64,000 nt of DNA from Candidatus Krumholzibacteriota bacterium. Lineage in GTDB: Bacteria > Krumholzibacteriota > Krumholzibacteriia > JAJRXK01. A model generated the notes under the pieces. The model ran no database searches. It was not told where the DNA came from and saw only the letters and a list, made by a program, of their open reading frames with translations. The DNA is taken from positions 512,001-576,000 of the forward strand of contig CAVXTH010000009.1 in the NCBI GenBank assembly GCA_963764625.1, read 5' to 3'. A program made the translations under genes and the position numbers. This document shows, one piece after another, positions 41,090 to 50,471 of this stretch (positions within the stretch are counted from its first letter, which is position 1; every line of letters begins with the position of its first letter).

Positions 41090-42096
41090 AAACTCTTCTG
41101 ATGGACAGAGAACTGCTGCTCACCGACATGACCGAACCCGGACTCACCGAGGGAAGCCTGAGGATCAAGGTTCTCATGAGCGCCATCACGGGACTAGACG
41201 TCGACGTCGCGACCGGCCGCCGTCCCTATACCGGCATTCCCGGAACCTGTTTCGTGGGAAGGGTGGAGGAAAGTCGCGGCAACGAAGGCCGCGCCCTGGT
41301 GGGATCGCGGGTGGTGGGTCGATCGATCTACGGCTGTGGAATGTGCGATGCGTGTCGCCTCGGTCACGATGAACGCTGTCGAGATCGCGTACGCCCCGGG
41401 CTCTTCGGAGCGGCTGGGGGACAGGCGGAGTACATTCACTTGCCGACGCGGGCGGTGGCGGTCGTGCCGCACGGCGTGAAGGACGAAGCCGCGGTGCTTT
41501 CTCCTCTCATTGCGGCCATCTACGAATCGCTGAGCCGCGGGCAACTTCCCCGCTGGACGAACGTGCTCGTGGTGGGGGACGGGGGCATCGGCATGCTGGC
41601 TGCGCTCTCGCTCGCCTCGGCCGGATATACGGTGACGCTTCGCGGCAAGCACGGTGACCGCTTCGATCTCATCCGCCGCCACGGTATCCATTTCAATCTG
41701 GCGACCGACGAAGATGAAATGAATGGAATCCGCCCGGGCCGCTTCGGCCCCGCGCTCGCCAGCTACCCCTTCATCTTTGAGGCCACCGGCCGCTCAGGGG
41801 GCTGGATGGCGGCCACCCACCTGGTCTGCCCCGGGGGAACCATTTTCGAGGTGAGCTCCTGCCACGACGGGGTGCCGCGCTCCCTGACTCTGGTTCTGGA
41901 CAAGAGCATTCGCGTGCTGGGTCTACGTCAGGGTCCCCTGGAACCGATTCTCAGCATTCTCGCGGCGGAACTCTTCGATCCCGTCGAGGTGGTGAGCCAC
42001 ATCTATCCCCTCGAGGAAGCGGTGCAGGCCTACTCGAAGGTCAGCGATCAGCACGAACGTCTCGCGCTGGTGAGAATCTCCTCCCGGGAGAACTAG
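41086..42096 (+). CDS. Second MDR homologue with catalytic Zn site lost
   Basis: SAITGLD, GTCFVG in place of GHE, structural CGMCDAC..C kept, GDGGIG. ATGA overlap with the upstream gene. Confidence 0.85.
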   Translation: MKTLLMDRELLLTDMTEPGLTEGSLRIKVLMSAITGLDVDVATGRRPYTGIPGTCFVGRVEESRGNEGRALVGSRVVGRSIYGCGMCDACRLGHDERCRDRVRPGLFGAAGGQAEYIHLPTRAVAVVPHGVKDEAAVLSPLIAAIYESLSRGQLPRWTNVLVVGDGGIGMLAALSLASAGYTVTLRGKHGDRFDLIRRHGIHFNLATDEDEMNGIRPGRFGPALASYPFIFEATGRSGGWMAATHLVCPGGTIFEVSSCHDGVPRSLTLVLDKSIRVLGLRQGPLEPILSILAAELFDPVEVVSHIYPLEEAVQAYSKVSDQHERLALVRISSREN

Positions 42097-43184
42097 TGGA
42101 TGCGGATGGTGCCGCTTCCCGTATCCAGGCTATAGCGTCCTTTTCCCGCTCCCACCGTCAGCAGCGCGTAGTCTTTCGAGTGTTTCTCGATGGTCGCGCC
42201 TTCGTAGTCGATGTCGACGCCGCCGCTCCCGGTATCCGCTTCGATCCGCGCGGAGGTCTCGGGCGCCAGGACGAGTTCGATGCTACCGCTGCCCGTATCC
42301 ACCAGTAGATTCTCGCAGAGCACGTTGCGGCACAGAACCGACCCACTCCCGGTGTCGGCCTTCAGGTGCTTCGTCTTGATCGTATCGAGCGTCACTCCTC
42401 CGCTGCCGGTGTCGATGTACACGTCCTGCGCTTTGATGGAGCTGAGTTCTACCTGGCCACTGCCGGTGTCGGCATGGAGGTTACCTTTCAGGCCGTGCAC
42501 GATTACGTGGCCACTGCCGGTGTCGATGTTCACCTCGCCCTCGGCCTCACTGACCGAGACGTGGCCACTGCCGGTGTCGATGAGCAGACTACCCTTGATT
42601 CTCGCCGCCGTGACGGGACCGGAATGGACATCCAAGTTCAGGTCGGCCGTCAAGTCCTGGGCTTCGATGGTGCCGCACCCCAGGTAGAGCTTGGTGCCCT
42701 TCCCGCGGGGAACCTCGATGCGCAGATCCGCCCAGATCTCCAGGCCCTTCCCCGATCCGCGGACCTCGACCCTCTCGGAGGAACCGAAAAACTTGGCGAA
42801 CCAGCTCCGACTCTCTCCCGACCCCAGGCTCGAACGGAAGCTGGAGCGCGAATGCGCTCCCAGCGCGGGATAGACGTAGTCTCGCTCCTTGTCGGTGGGA
42901 AACTGCACGAGGACGCGCACCTTTCCGCCTTGCTCTTCACTCTTCAGTTGGATGTGGTCCTCGCTGGCATCCTTGCCGCGAACGTCGACATGGATCTTGA
43001 ATTGGTCGCCCTCGCCGCCCACCAGCTGGACCTTTCCGATCAGATTCGAGAGGGTGAGTTCGTCGCCCCGCAGGTTCAGTTCCTTCTGGAACTCGGCGTG
43101 GGCCGCCTGGGGGACGGCCACGAGGATGGCGGTGAGAAGGAGAAGCAGCGAAAGAACGCGTGGATGGGTATTCTGGTTGGACAT
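42093..43184 (-). CDS. Secreted DUF4097 beta-strand repeat (adhesin-like) protein
   Basis: Signal peptide (AHA) and eight DTGSG repeats at about 18-20 aa spacing. Confidence 0.88.
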   Translation of the reverse strand: MSNQNTHPRVLSLLLLLTAILVAVPQAAHAEFQKELNLRGDELTLSNLIGKVQLVGGEGDQFKIHVDVRGKDASEDHIQLKSEEQGGKVRVLVQFPTDKERDYVYPALGAHSRSSFRSSLGSGESRSWFAKFFGSSERVEVRGSGKGLEIWADLRIEVPRGKGTKLYLGCGTIEAQDLTADLNLDVHSGPVTAARIKGSLLIDTGSGHVSVSEAEGEVNIDTGSGHVIVHGLKGNLHADTGSGQVELSSIKAQDVYIDTGSGGVTLDTIKTKHLKADTGSGSVLCRNVLCENLLVDTGSGSIELVLAPETSARIEADTGSGGVDIDYEGATIEKHSKDYALLTVGAGKGRYSLDTGSGTIRIH

Positions 43185-43248
43185 CGGAAGTCTCCAGGAG
43201 AATGGGGGAGCGCGGAGATCGAACTCTCTCCGCTCACGGCTCTTTTGG

Positions 43249-43278
43249 TTGGACGCATCGAGGTCGCAAATGGTTTCA
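43249..43278 (-). promoter_or_regulatory. ECF sigma-type promoter of the DUF4097 gene
   Basis: Minus strand TGAAAC-N17-CGTCCAA (SigW/SigE-like AAC...CGT pattern). Confidence 0.55.
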
Positions 43279-43299
43279 CGGGCCAAGGAGCAAGAGTCG

Positions 43300-44124
43300 A
43301 TGGGGGGCAAGCGGGGCGCGAAGAAGGAAGGGGGCTCGGCCGGCGAGCGGCTGCACCGAAGCGAGAGCGGCGGGGTGGCGGTCTGGCGGCTCGGGCGCGG
43401 CCGCGGGAACGCGCTGGACGAGAGCAGTTTGCAGGCCCTGGCCTACACTTTCAAGGGGGCGAAGGACGATCCTCGACCCGTCGTCCTGGCCGGGGGGAAT
43501 CGCTCGTTCTGCACCGGTCTCGATCTCCAGGAGGCGATCGAGTTGAATCGGGCCGGGATGGCCCGGCTGATGAGAGCGTTTGAGCAGGCGTTGAAGGCCT
43601 GTTATCTTCACCCCGCTCCGGTGGTGGCGGCGGTGCGAGGGCATGCTCTCGCGGGTGGGGCCCTGCTGGCACTTTGTTGCGATCGACGCATCCTGGCCGA
43701 TCGAGGCTGTCGTTTCGGTATCCACGGCATCCACCTGGGGGTTTCGTATCCTCAGCTCCCGATCGAGGTACTGCGCGATGGCTGGCCCAGGCCACGCTGT
43801 GAGGAATTGCTCTACGAGGGACGCATCCATGAACCCGAGGACGCTCTCGCGCGAGGGCTCGTCGATCGGATCGTACCCCCCGAAGACGTGGAGCCAGAAG
43901 CCATCGCATGCGCGCTTGAGTTGGCGTCTCCCTCGCTCGCGGCGTACGCCCTCGCCAAGGCCGGCCTTCGCCGGCGAGTCCGGGAGCGGCTGGCGCGCAT
44001 CCGCCCCGCGGCGGACGAGTCCTGGCTCGACCAGTGGTTCTCGCCCCAGACGCAAGCCAATCTCTCGCGAGCGAGGGACGCTTTGGTCGACGGCGAAGGG
44101 AAGAAGCCGGGTGAGACTTCCTGA
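43300..44124 (+). CDS. Enoyl-CoA hydratase/isomerase homologue lacking the catalytic Glu
   Basis: FCTGLDL, GHALAGG, FGIHGIHLG in place of FGLNE..G. Confidence 0.85.
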   Translation: MGGKRGAKKEGGSAGERLHRSESGGVAVWRLGRGRGNALDESSLQALAYTFKGAKDDPRPVVLAGGNRSFCTGLDLQEAIELNRAGMARLMRAFEQALKACYLHPAPVVAAVRGHALAGGALLALCCDRRILADRGCRFGIHGIHLGVSYPQLPIEVLRDGWPRPRCEELLYEGRIHEPEDALARGLVDRIVPPEDVEPEAIACALELASPSLAAYALAKAGLRRRVRERLARIRPAADESWLDQWFSPQTQANLSRARDALVDGEGKKPGETS

Positions 44125-44186
44125 GATTCACTTCCAGCCGCGGGATGGGTTCCAAGAGAATCCGCGGCCCTTCTGTCTGGAGAGAA

Positions 44187-44939
44187 ATGATTTCATGCGA
44201 AACACGCGACGGAGTTAGCATTCTCCACATGGAGCGTGGGCACGGAAACGCGCTCTCGCTCGAGTTTCTCGTGGCGATCCAGGAGCAACTCGACGCCGCC
44301 CACCGAGACCTTCCCCGCGGTTTGGTTCTCACCGGTAGCGGTTCCATTTTCTGCGCCGGACTCGACCTGGAGCAGATGATGAAACTGGATCGCGTGGAGA
44401 TCCGCCGGCTTCTGCACCAACTCTACGGAGTGTGCCGCCAACTCTTTGCGTTTCCCCGTCCCGTCGTGGCCGCGATCAATGGGCATGCGATCGCGGGAGG
44501 TGCGCTCTTGGCCTTGGCCTGCGATCTGCGGGTGATGGCCCAGGGAGAGGGAAAGTTCGGTTTGAACGAGAGCGCGATCGGTCTCGCGGTGCCACCGAGT
44601 CTGGTCGAGATGGGACGCTACACGCTCGATCGACCCCTGCTCGAAAGGCTCATGTACGGAGGCCTCGTCTACCCGGCTTTCAAGGCCTTCGACATGGGAA
44701 TCCTGGACATCCTGGTGGAAACCGAGCAACTGCTTGAGCACGCGGTTCTCTCGGTAGAACGCTGGACGAGTTCCGTCACCGCGTTCGCGGAGATCAAGGC
44801 TCGGTTGAAGGGGCCCACCCTCGACGCCATGACTGCGGCGCACCTGGAAGACGAGGCGTGGATCAGGCTGTGGTTCCGGCCGCAGACCCAGCGCAGACTC
44901 GCCGCCGCGCTCGCGACGCTGAAGAACAAAGGAAACTGA
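44187..44939 (+). CDS. Enoyl-CoA isomerase (crotonase family, ECI-like)
   Basis: FCAGLDL, INGHAIAGG, FGLNESAIG. Confidence 0.88.
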   Translation: MISCETRDGVSILHMERGHGNALSLEFLVAIQEQLDAAHRDLPRGLVLTGSGSIFCAGLDLEQMMKLDRVEIRRLLHQLYGVCRQLFAFPRPVVAAINGHAIAGGALLALACDLRVMAQGEGKFGLNESAIGLAVPPSLVEMGRYTLDRPLLERLMYGGLVYPAFKAFDMGILDILVETEQLLEHAVLSVERWTSSVTAFAEIKARLKGPTLDAMTAAHLEDEAWIRLWFRPQTQRRLAAALATLKNKGN

Positions 44940-44940
44940 G

Positions 44941-46035
44941 ATGAGATCGATCCGCCGCGATCATCCCCTGCTCTTTCTTCCCGGACCGACCGAAGTCCTC
45001 CCCGAGGTTGCTCACGCCGCTACGCTACCGATGATCGGACATCGCGGACCCGAGATTTCGCAACTGCTGCAGGACACGATGGGCAAAGTCGCCGCGGTGA
45101 TTCACACCACCGCCTCGGTCTTTCCTCTGTCGTCTTCCGCCACCGGCGCCATGGAAGGTGCGATCCGCAATCTGGGTGACGGGCCGGTTCTGCACCTGGT
45201 CGGCGGGGCGTTCTCCAAGCGCTGGTCGAATGTACGCGCTGCCTGCGGAAAGGATGGCGACGAGCTTGTGGTGGACTGGGGTGAGCCCATCGATCCCGAC
45301 CGCGTGCGCGGGGCCCTGCGCGAGAAGCGCTATCGGGCGGTAACTCTCGTGCACAACGAAACTTCGACCGGGGTCTTGAATCCGCTCGCGGAGATCGCCG
45401 GCGTGGTGCGCGCGGAGAGCGACGCGCTGTTCTTCGTGGACACCGTATCCTCGATGGCCGCAGTCGAACTACGCCTGGACGATTGGGGAGTCGATCTCTG
45501 TCTCGCGGGCACGCAGAAGGCGTGGGCGCTGCCGCCGGGTCTCACCCTCGTCGCGGTCTCCGCGCGAGCCCTGAAAGAGAGCGAGACCGCGTCGAACAAG
45601 GGCTACTACTTCGACTGGCTTCTCCACAAGAGCAAGATGGATTCGTGGCAGACTCCTACTACGCCCCCCATCTCCCTGCTCTTTCAACTTCAGGCTGCGC
45701 TCGAACTGATGGAGAGAGAAGGGCTGACGCGCCGTTACGCACGCCACGAAGCCATGAGAGACCACGTGCTCGCCTGGGCCGCCGGTCGTTTCGAGCCCTT
45801 CGCGCGCGAGGGCTTTCGTTCCCCCACGCTCACCGCCCTCTCCGTCGATGAAGTCGCGGTCGACGAGTGGCTGGCCGCCTGTCGCCAACGAGGGTTCGTG
45901 GTCGGCGCCGGTTACGGCGCCACCAAGGGAAGTGTGATTCGCATCGGACACATGGGGGAACTCGACCTGGAGCTCCTGGAGGAATGCCTGCGCGCCCTCG
46001 ACGAGGAGTGGGAAGCGCGACGGAGACGGTCATGA
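44941..46035 (+). CDS. Class V PLP aminotransferase (serine-pyruvate/alanine-glyoxylate type; likely SerC role)
   Basis: LPGPT, HNETSTG, VDTVSS, GTQKAWALPPGL, RIGHMG; overlaps serA. Confidence 0.9.
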   Translation: MRSIRRDHPLLFLPGPTEVLPEVAHAATLPMIGHRGPEISQLLQDTMGKVAAVIHTTASVFPLSSSATGAMEGAIRNLGDGPVLHLVGGAFSKRWSNVRAACGKDGDELVVDWGEPIDPDRVRGALREKRYRAVTLVHNETSTGVLNPLAEIAGVVRAESDALFFVDTVSSMAAVELRLDDWGVDLCLAGTQKAWALPPGLTLVAVSARALKESETASNKGYYFDWLLHKSKMDSWQTPTTPPISLLFQLQAALELMEREGLTRRYARHEAMRDHVLAWAAGRFEPFAREGFRSPTLTALSVDEVAVDEWLAACRQRGFVVGAGYGATKGSVIRIGHMGELDLELLEECLRALDEEWEARRRRS

Positions 46036-47036
46036 CACCAAGCGATGAGACGAAGCGCTCCACCCAAGGGCAGGCCGCGGGTGACTGGGGACCGGTGGTG
46101 GCGCTGGATACGATTGCCCCCAGGGGACTGGCGTGGCTAAAGGAGGCGAAATTCGAGGTGATCGACGCGAGCGGCGCCTCCGCCGCCGCGCGCACCGCTG
46201 CTCTCTCGAGAGCTTCTTGCATCCTGGTGCGTAGTGCGAGCCGAGTTGATGCCAAGCTCCTGGATCAGGCCCCTCACCTGAGAGTGGTCGTGCGCGCCGG
46301 CGTGGGGCTGGACAAGATCGATCTAGAGGAAGCGACACGCCGCGGCATTTTCGTCTTCAATACCCCCGGGGGAAACGCGTTGGCGGCGGCCGAACTCACT
46401 TTCGCGCTTCTCTTGGCTCTGGTTCGCCGGGTGACGTTGAGTCATGCCGCGCTCGGGCGGGGCGAATGGGAGCGGCAGCGTTACCAGGGCACGGAGTTGG
46501 CCGGCAAGAGCCTGGGAGTGATCGGAGTCGGCCGGATCGGGACTCTGGTGGCCGAGCGGGCGAAGGCCTTCCAGATGAAAGTGCTGGCCCACGATCCCTT
46601 CCTTACCCCGCCACGCGCGAGGGATGAGGGCTGGGAGAAGCTGGAGCTCGACGAAGCGCTTGGACGCGCCGACATCGTCACGCTCCATCTGCCGCTCAGC
46701 GAGGAAACCCGCGGTCTCTTGGGCGCGCGCGAAATTGCCCTCATGAAGAAAGGCGCGCTGCTGGTGAACTGCGCGCGCGGAGGACTGGTGGAGGAAGCAG
46801 CGTTGACCGACGCGCTCGTTTCCGGCCATCTGGCCGGCGCCGCTCTGGACGTCTACGAACAGGAGCCCCCCCCGGTCGACCATCCTCTTCTCTCCCTGGA
46901 GCAGGTCGTGCACACGCCCCATCTGGGAGCGTCGACGGAAGAGGCGAAGCAGAGAGTCGGCCTCATGGCGGCGCAGCTGATCGTGGAGTTCCTGCGCGAC
47001 GGGGTTACCACTGGCGCGGTCAATTCGCCGAAGTAG
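46032..47036 (+). CDS. serA: D-3-phosphoglycerate dehydrogenase, short form without ACT domain
   Basis: RAGVGLDKID, GVGRIG, NCARGG, LDVYEQEP, TPHLGAST. Confidence 0.85.
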   Translation: MTPSDETKRSTQGQAAGDWGPVVALDTIAPRGLAWLKEAKFEVIDASGASAAARTAALSRASCILVRSASRVDAKLLDQAPHLRVVVRAGVGLDKIDLEEATRRGIFVFNTPGGNALAAAELTFALLLALVRRVTLSHAALGRGEWERQRYQGTELAGKSLGVIGVGRIGTLVAERAKAFQMKVLAHDPFLTPPRARDEGWEKLELDEALGRADIVTLHLPLSEETRGLLGAREIALMKKGALLVNCARGGLVEEAALTDALVSGHLAGAALDVYEQEPPPVDHPLLSLEQVVHTPHLGASTEEAKQRVGLMAAQLIVEFLRDGVTTGAVNSPK

Positions 47037-47066
47037 CGCCGCGAGTTCGCGGCACCGCGCTTTCTC

Positions 47067-49184
47067 TCACCAGCTGAAGAAATAGAGATCGGCCGGTTGC
47101 GGCTTGAGCTCGACGAGCGCGGATCCTTCGGGATAGAGGTCGGGCGCACCGTCCTTTTCGTCGTGCCAAACCAAACGGAGTTCGGACCCTGGGTCCTCCT
47201 TCAATTCGAAAGTGATCGCCACGAGCTGTCTCGCGGAGTCTTCCACCGGACCGAAGCGCAGGAAGCTGCGGTAGAGATCTCCGTGAATGGGAACGTCGAG
47301 CTCGTAGATTTCCATGAGCCGATTCCATCCTCCGTTCTCCCATTTCCAGATTCGGATGCGCAGTCCAACCGTCAGGGAGTCCGCGTCGGTGCGCCATCGC
47401 ACCGCTAAGCCCTCGAGATCGCGCGGACCCACCCGAAAGCTCTGCCCCACTTCGAATTTCGTGCGTAGGGCGGGACTCATCCCGTTGCCGACGCTCTGCT
47501 CAACGTCGGGAAGACGCTGGGGAAGAGTGAGTTCGGTGAGTGTTTCTTTGCTCTGCAGATGCTCGAGCACGCGAAACTTCAAGTTGCGGCTCACCACGTT
47601 ACCCAGCACCCGGTAGTTGTCGCGCAAGTAGTCCCAGCATCCCGGTGCGAGTTCTTCGACCTGTTCTCCGGTGTAGTTCCACGAGAGACCCAACAGCACG
47701 TGCAGTGGAGCGCTCTTCTCCAATTGCTCGGCCAGGCGTTCCCCGTGGTTCACGCGCCGCGGAAGCAGCACCGCCTGCGGCACGGCCAGGGGGGCATCGG
47801 TGAGAAAATTGAGCGCGGGCGCGTCAGGCCAAACCAGGAGAGCTTCGTCATTCCCACCGGTCTCGCGCGGGAGAATCGAGAAGAGCGAGTCGAGCTTGCT
47901 CACGCGCTCCGACTCGAGCGCGATACCAGCGCGTGGCCGTTGCCACCAGCGCAAACCCGTGCGGTGTGAGTTCGCCACGAGCCAGGAGTTCTCCAAGATG
48001 GGAAGGGACCATACCACGAGCACCAGGAAGAGCGCCGTGCCCGCGCGGAGCACGGGCCGGCGCACTTCGCTGAGGAGCAAGGGCAAGAGAATCAGCACTC
48101 CGAGCCACGCGCGATGTGAGTTCATGGCGTCGCCATGCAGAAGCGTTCCAACCAGGGGAGCGGTGGCCAGAATCATGAGCGGACGCATTCGCGCTTGCCG
48201 GAAGGCGGGCTTGGACCATGCCCAGATCACGCAGGCAAAGAGCAACAGGTTTTGCAGACGGAACGAGAGAACCCGAAGCACGGGCGCGGCGGGGAAGAGC
48301 TCGGGAAGCGTTTCGCCGGTCCTCAAGCTCTTGAAGGGGGAGAGCGCCTCGCGCGCGCTCCACATGCCGTTTCCCAAATGGACGAAGGAGAAGCTCGCGA
48401 TCTGATGGAAAGCATTTGACACCCCCGTCAGCAGAACTTGATCGAGTCCCGCGGCCAGATTGCCTTCCAAGAGCGAGAGCAGCAGGACCACCAGGCAGGG
48501 AATGGCCGCGCCCAACAGGAGCAGACGCGTCGCGTGCGCGCGCAGCGATTCCAACTCTCGGCCGAAAGCGCTTAGAGTTCCCCAGCTCAGAAGCACTGCG
48601 AGGAGGAATCCGTCCAGACCACTCACCGCGGTCAGGCCCAAGATGAGTCCGGCGCCGCCCAAGAGGAGGTAAATGCCCTTTCGCGCGCCCGCCCGCCCGG
48701 TTGGGTCCTCTCGCCCCAGCACGATCGCACTCTGCAGGAGGGCTGCCGCGAGGCCCGCCATGAGGTAGCGCGGGGGGAAGGGCGCCAGGACCACCACGCC
48801 GAGCGGCGCGATCCAGGCCAAACTTCTTTTCCCCGCGCGCCAAGCCCACGCCGCGCAGAGCCCCGCCGCCAGGGAGTCGACGATCGCCTTCAGGAGCGCG
48901 AGCGCGGCCGCCTTTTCTCCCAGAAAGAAGAACACCAGCCGCAAGAGCTCGGCATCGAGGGGTCCCTCACGCGTGACGAGGTGGCGATACAGCGCCTGCC
49001 CGCTCTGCAAGAGCGAGGCGGAGAGGAGCCAGATTCCGTCCTGGAGGAAATCGAGTCCCTGACTCCGCACGCGCAGATCGAACCCGAGAACCACGATTGA
49101 GCAGAGCAGACCGAAAACGAGCGCGCCGCGGATTCTCTTCGAATCGGCTCGTGAGGAGGGGAGATTCTGCGCGGTGGACTCCAT
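47067..49184 (-). CDS. Multi-pass membrane protein, GT-C-like, with a C-terminal periplasmic domain
   Basis: N-terminal TM then DFLQDGIWL..GQALYR...GPL (ArnT-like first loop), many TMs and a soluble C-terminus. Confidence 0.55.
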   Translation of the reverse strand: MESTAQNLPSSRADSKRIRGALVFGLLCSIVVLGFDLRVRSQGLDFLQDGIWLLSASLLQSGQALYRHLVTREGPLDAELLRLVFFFLGEKAAALALLKAIVDSLAAGLCAAWAWRAGKRSLAWIAPLGVVVLAPFPPRYLMAGLAAALLQSAIVLGREDPTGRAGARKGIYLLLGGAGLILGLTAVSGLDGFLLAVLLSWGTLSAFGRELESLRAHATRLLLLGAAIPCLVVLLLSLLEGNLAAGLDQVLLTGVSNAFHQIASFSFVHLGNGMWSAREALSPFKSLRTGETLPELFPAAPVLRVLSFRLQNLLLFACVIWAWSKPAFRQARMRPLMILATAPLVGTLLHGDAMNSHRAWLGVLILLPLLLSEVRRPVLRAGTALFLVLVVWSLPILENSWLVANSHRTGLRWWQRPRAGIALESERVSKLDSLFSILPRETGGNDEALLVWPDAPALNFLTDAPLAVPQAVLLPRRVNHGERLAEQLEKSAPLHVLLGLSWNYTGEQVEELAPGCWDYLRDNYRVLGNVVSRNLKFRVLEHLQSKETLTELTLPQRLPDVEQSVGNGMSPALRTKFEVGQSFRVGPRDLEGLAVRWRTDADSLTVGLRIRIWKWENGGWNRLMEIYELDVPIHGDLYRSFLRFGPVEDSARQLVAITFELKEDPGSELRLVWHDEKDGAPDLYPEGSALVELKPQPADLYFFSW

Positions 49185-49190
49185 GGAGCA

Positions 49191-50336
49191 TCAATATCGA
49201 GACGGCGTGCCGGAGATGGCAACCGGGGCGCCCAGAACTTCCCGGTAAGCCGCGAGGGTGAGGGATACGGTGCGCTGGATCTCGAAGTGTTCTTCGACCC
49301 GTTTGCGTCCCGCTTCTCCGTAGCGGCGGGCGAGCGCGGGGTCTTTCAGAAGGGAGGCCATGGCGTGCGCCAGACCTTCGATGTCCTTGGGTGGCAGAAG
49401 GCGGCCGGTTTCGCGGTCCACCACCGCATCGGGAATTCCCCCGGCGGCGGTGGCGACCACCGCCTGGCGCATCGCCATCGCGTCGAGGATGGCGGTGCCC
49501 AATCCCTCCTCGACCGAGGTCAACACGAACAGATCGAAACAGGCGGCGTAGGTGAGAGGCTCTTTCACGAAACCGGGAAAAAGGACGCGTTCGGTGAGCC
49601 CGAGTTGCTCGCGAAGCTCCTCGAGCCGCGTGCGCTGGGGCCCCTCGCCCAGGATGACCAGCTGCGCGTCGACCCCCATGCGCAACAGCCGGCCGAACGC
49701 TCGCAGTAGTGTCATTTGATCCTTGTGAGGCACCAGCGCCGCGATGCTGCCCACGAGCTTTCGTCCCACCGGAAGACCCAGGCTCTCCAGCCATTCCTCA
49801 TCACGAGAGAGCTCGTGAAACCGCGTCAGATCGATCCCGCTCGCAACGCGGCGAATGTGCTCGCCGGAAACTCCCACCGACAAGAGCGCCTCCTCCACTC
49901 CGGAACTGATGGCCAGATAGAGGCGGACGCGCGCGCTTCCGTACTTCAGACGATTCAGCACGCCGTCCCTTATGGGGAAGTCCACCCGGCGAGAGACGAG
50001 CAGGGGGATCTCGCCGCGGAGGTGGCAGCACAACAGGCCCAAGGTGTGGGTGTGCGCGGTGTGAGCGTGCAGGAGGGCACCTTGCCGGCGGGCTCTCTGA
50101 GCCAGACGCCAGAGAGAGGAGAGCATTGCCACGCCACGCAGCGGGAGTTCCCAAACCGGCAAGCCCTCCCGCTGAATTCGCTGAGCCAGAGCGCTTCCTT
50201 CAGGACAGACCACGGTGGAGTCACAACCCTCGCGCAGCAGGCCACGGTGCAGATAGAGCACCTGCTGCTGGCCGCCCCGCCAGGTGCGTGCGTCGTCGAG
50301 GTGCAGAACGGAAATGGGGGGTGAGAGAGTGGGCAT
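49191..50336 (-). CDS. Glycosyltransferase family 4
   Basis: WRGGQQQ, HKDQ, EEGLGTAILDAMA, GGIPD. Confidence 0.92.
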   Translation of the reverse strand: MPTLSPPISVLHLDDARTWRGGQQQVLYLHRGLLREGCDSTVVCPEGSALAQRIQREGLPVWELPLRGVAMLSSLWRLAQRARRQGALLHAHTAHTHTLGLLCCHLRGEIPLLVSRRVDFPIRDGVLNRLKYGSARVRLYLAISSGVEEALLSVGVSGEHIRRVASGIDLTRFHELSRDEEWLESLGLPVGRKLVGSIAALVPHKDQMTLLRAFGRLLRMGVDAQLVILGEGPQRTRLEELREQLGLTERVLFPGFVKEPLTYAACFDLFVLTSVEEGLGTAILDAMAMRQAVVATAAGGIPDAVVDRETGRLLPPKDIEGLAHAMASLLKDPALARRYGEAGRKRVEEHFEIQRTVSLTLAAYREVLGAPVAISGTPSRY

Positions 50337-50471
50337 ATGGGTCCCTCGGCGCGCGGCTCGAGGGGCATACTAGCCGCCGTCACGGACCAGGGCAAGTGGA
50401 GCAGGGTCTTGCTCCTTTCCGCGCATCCGATACACTGGCACTGGTCACATACCCTCCTCTGGAAGAACGCC

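Noticed and set aside
42100-42600. Regularly spaced GCCACTGCCGGTGTCGATG-like repeats resembling a CRISPR array
   Set aside because: They encode the in-frame DTGSG repeats of the DUF4097 protein, vary at synonymous positions, and no cas genes are present.
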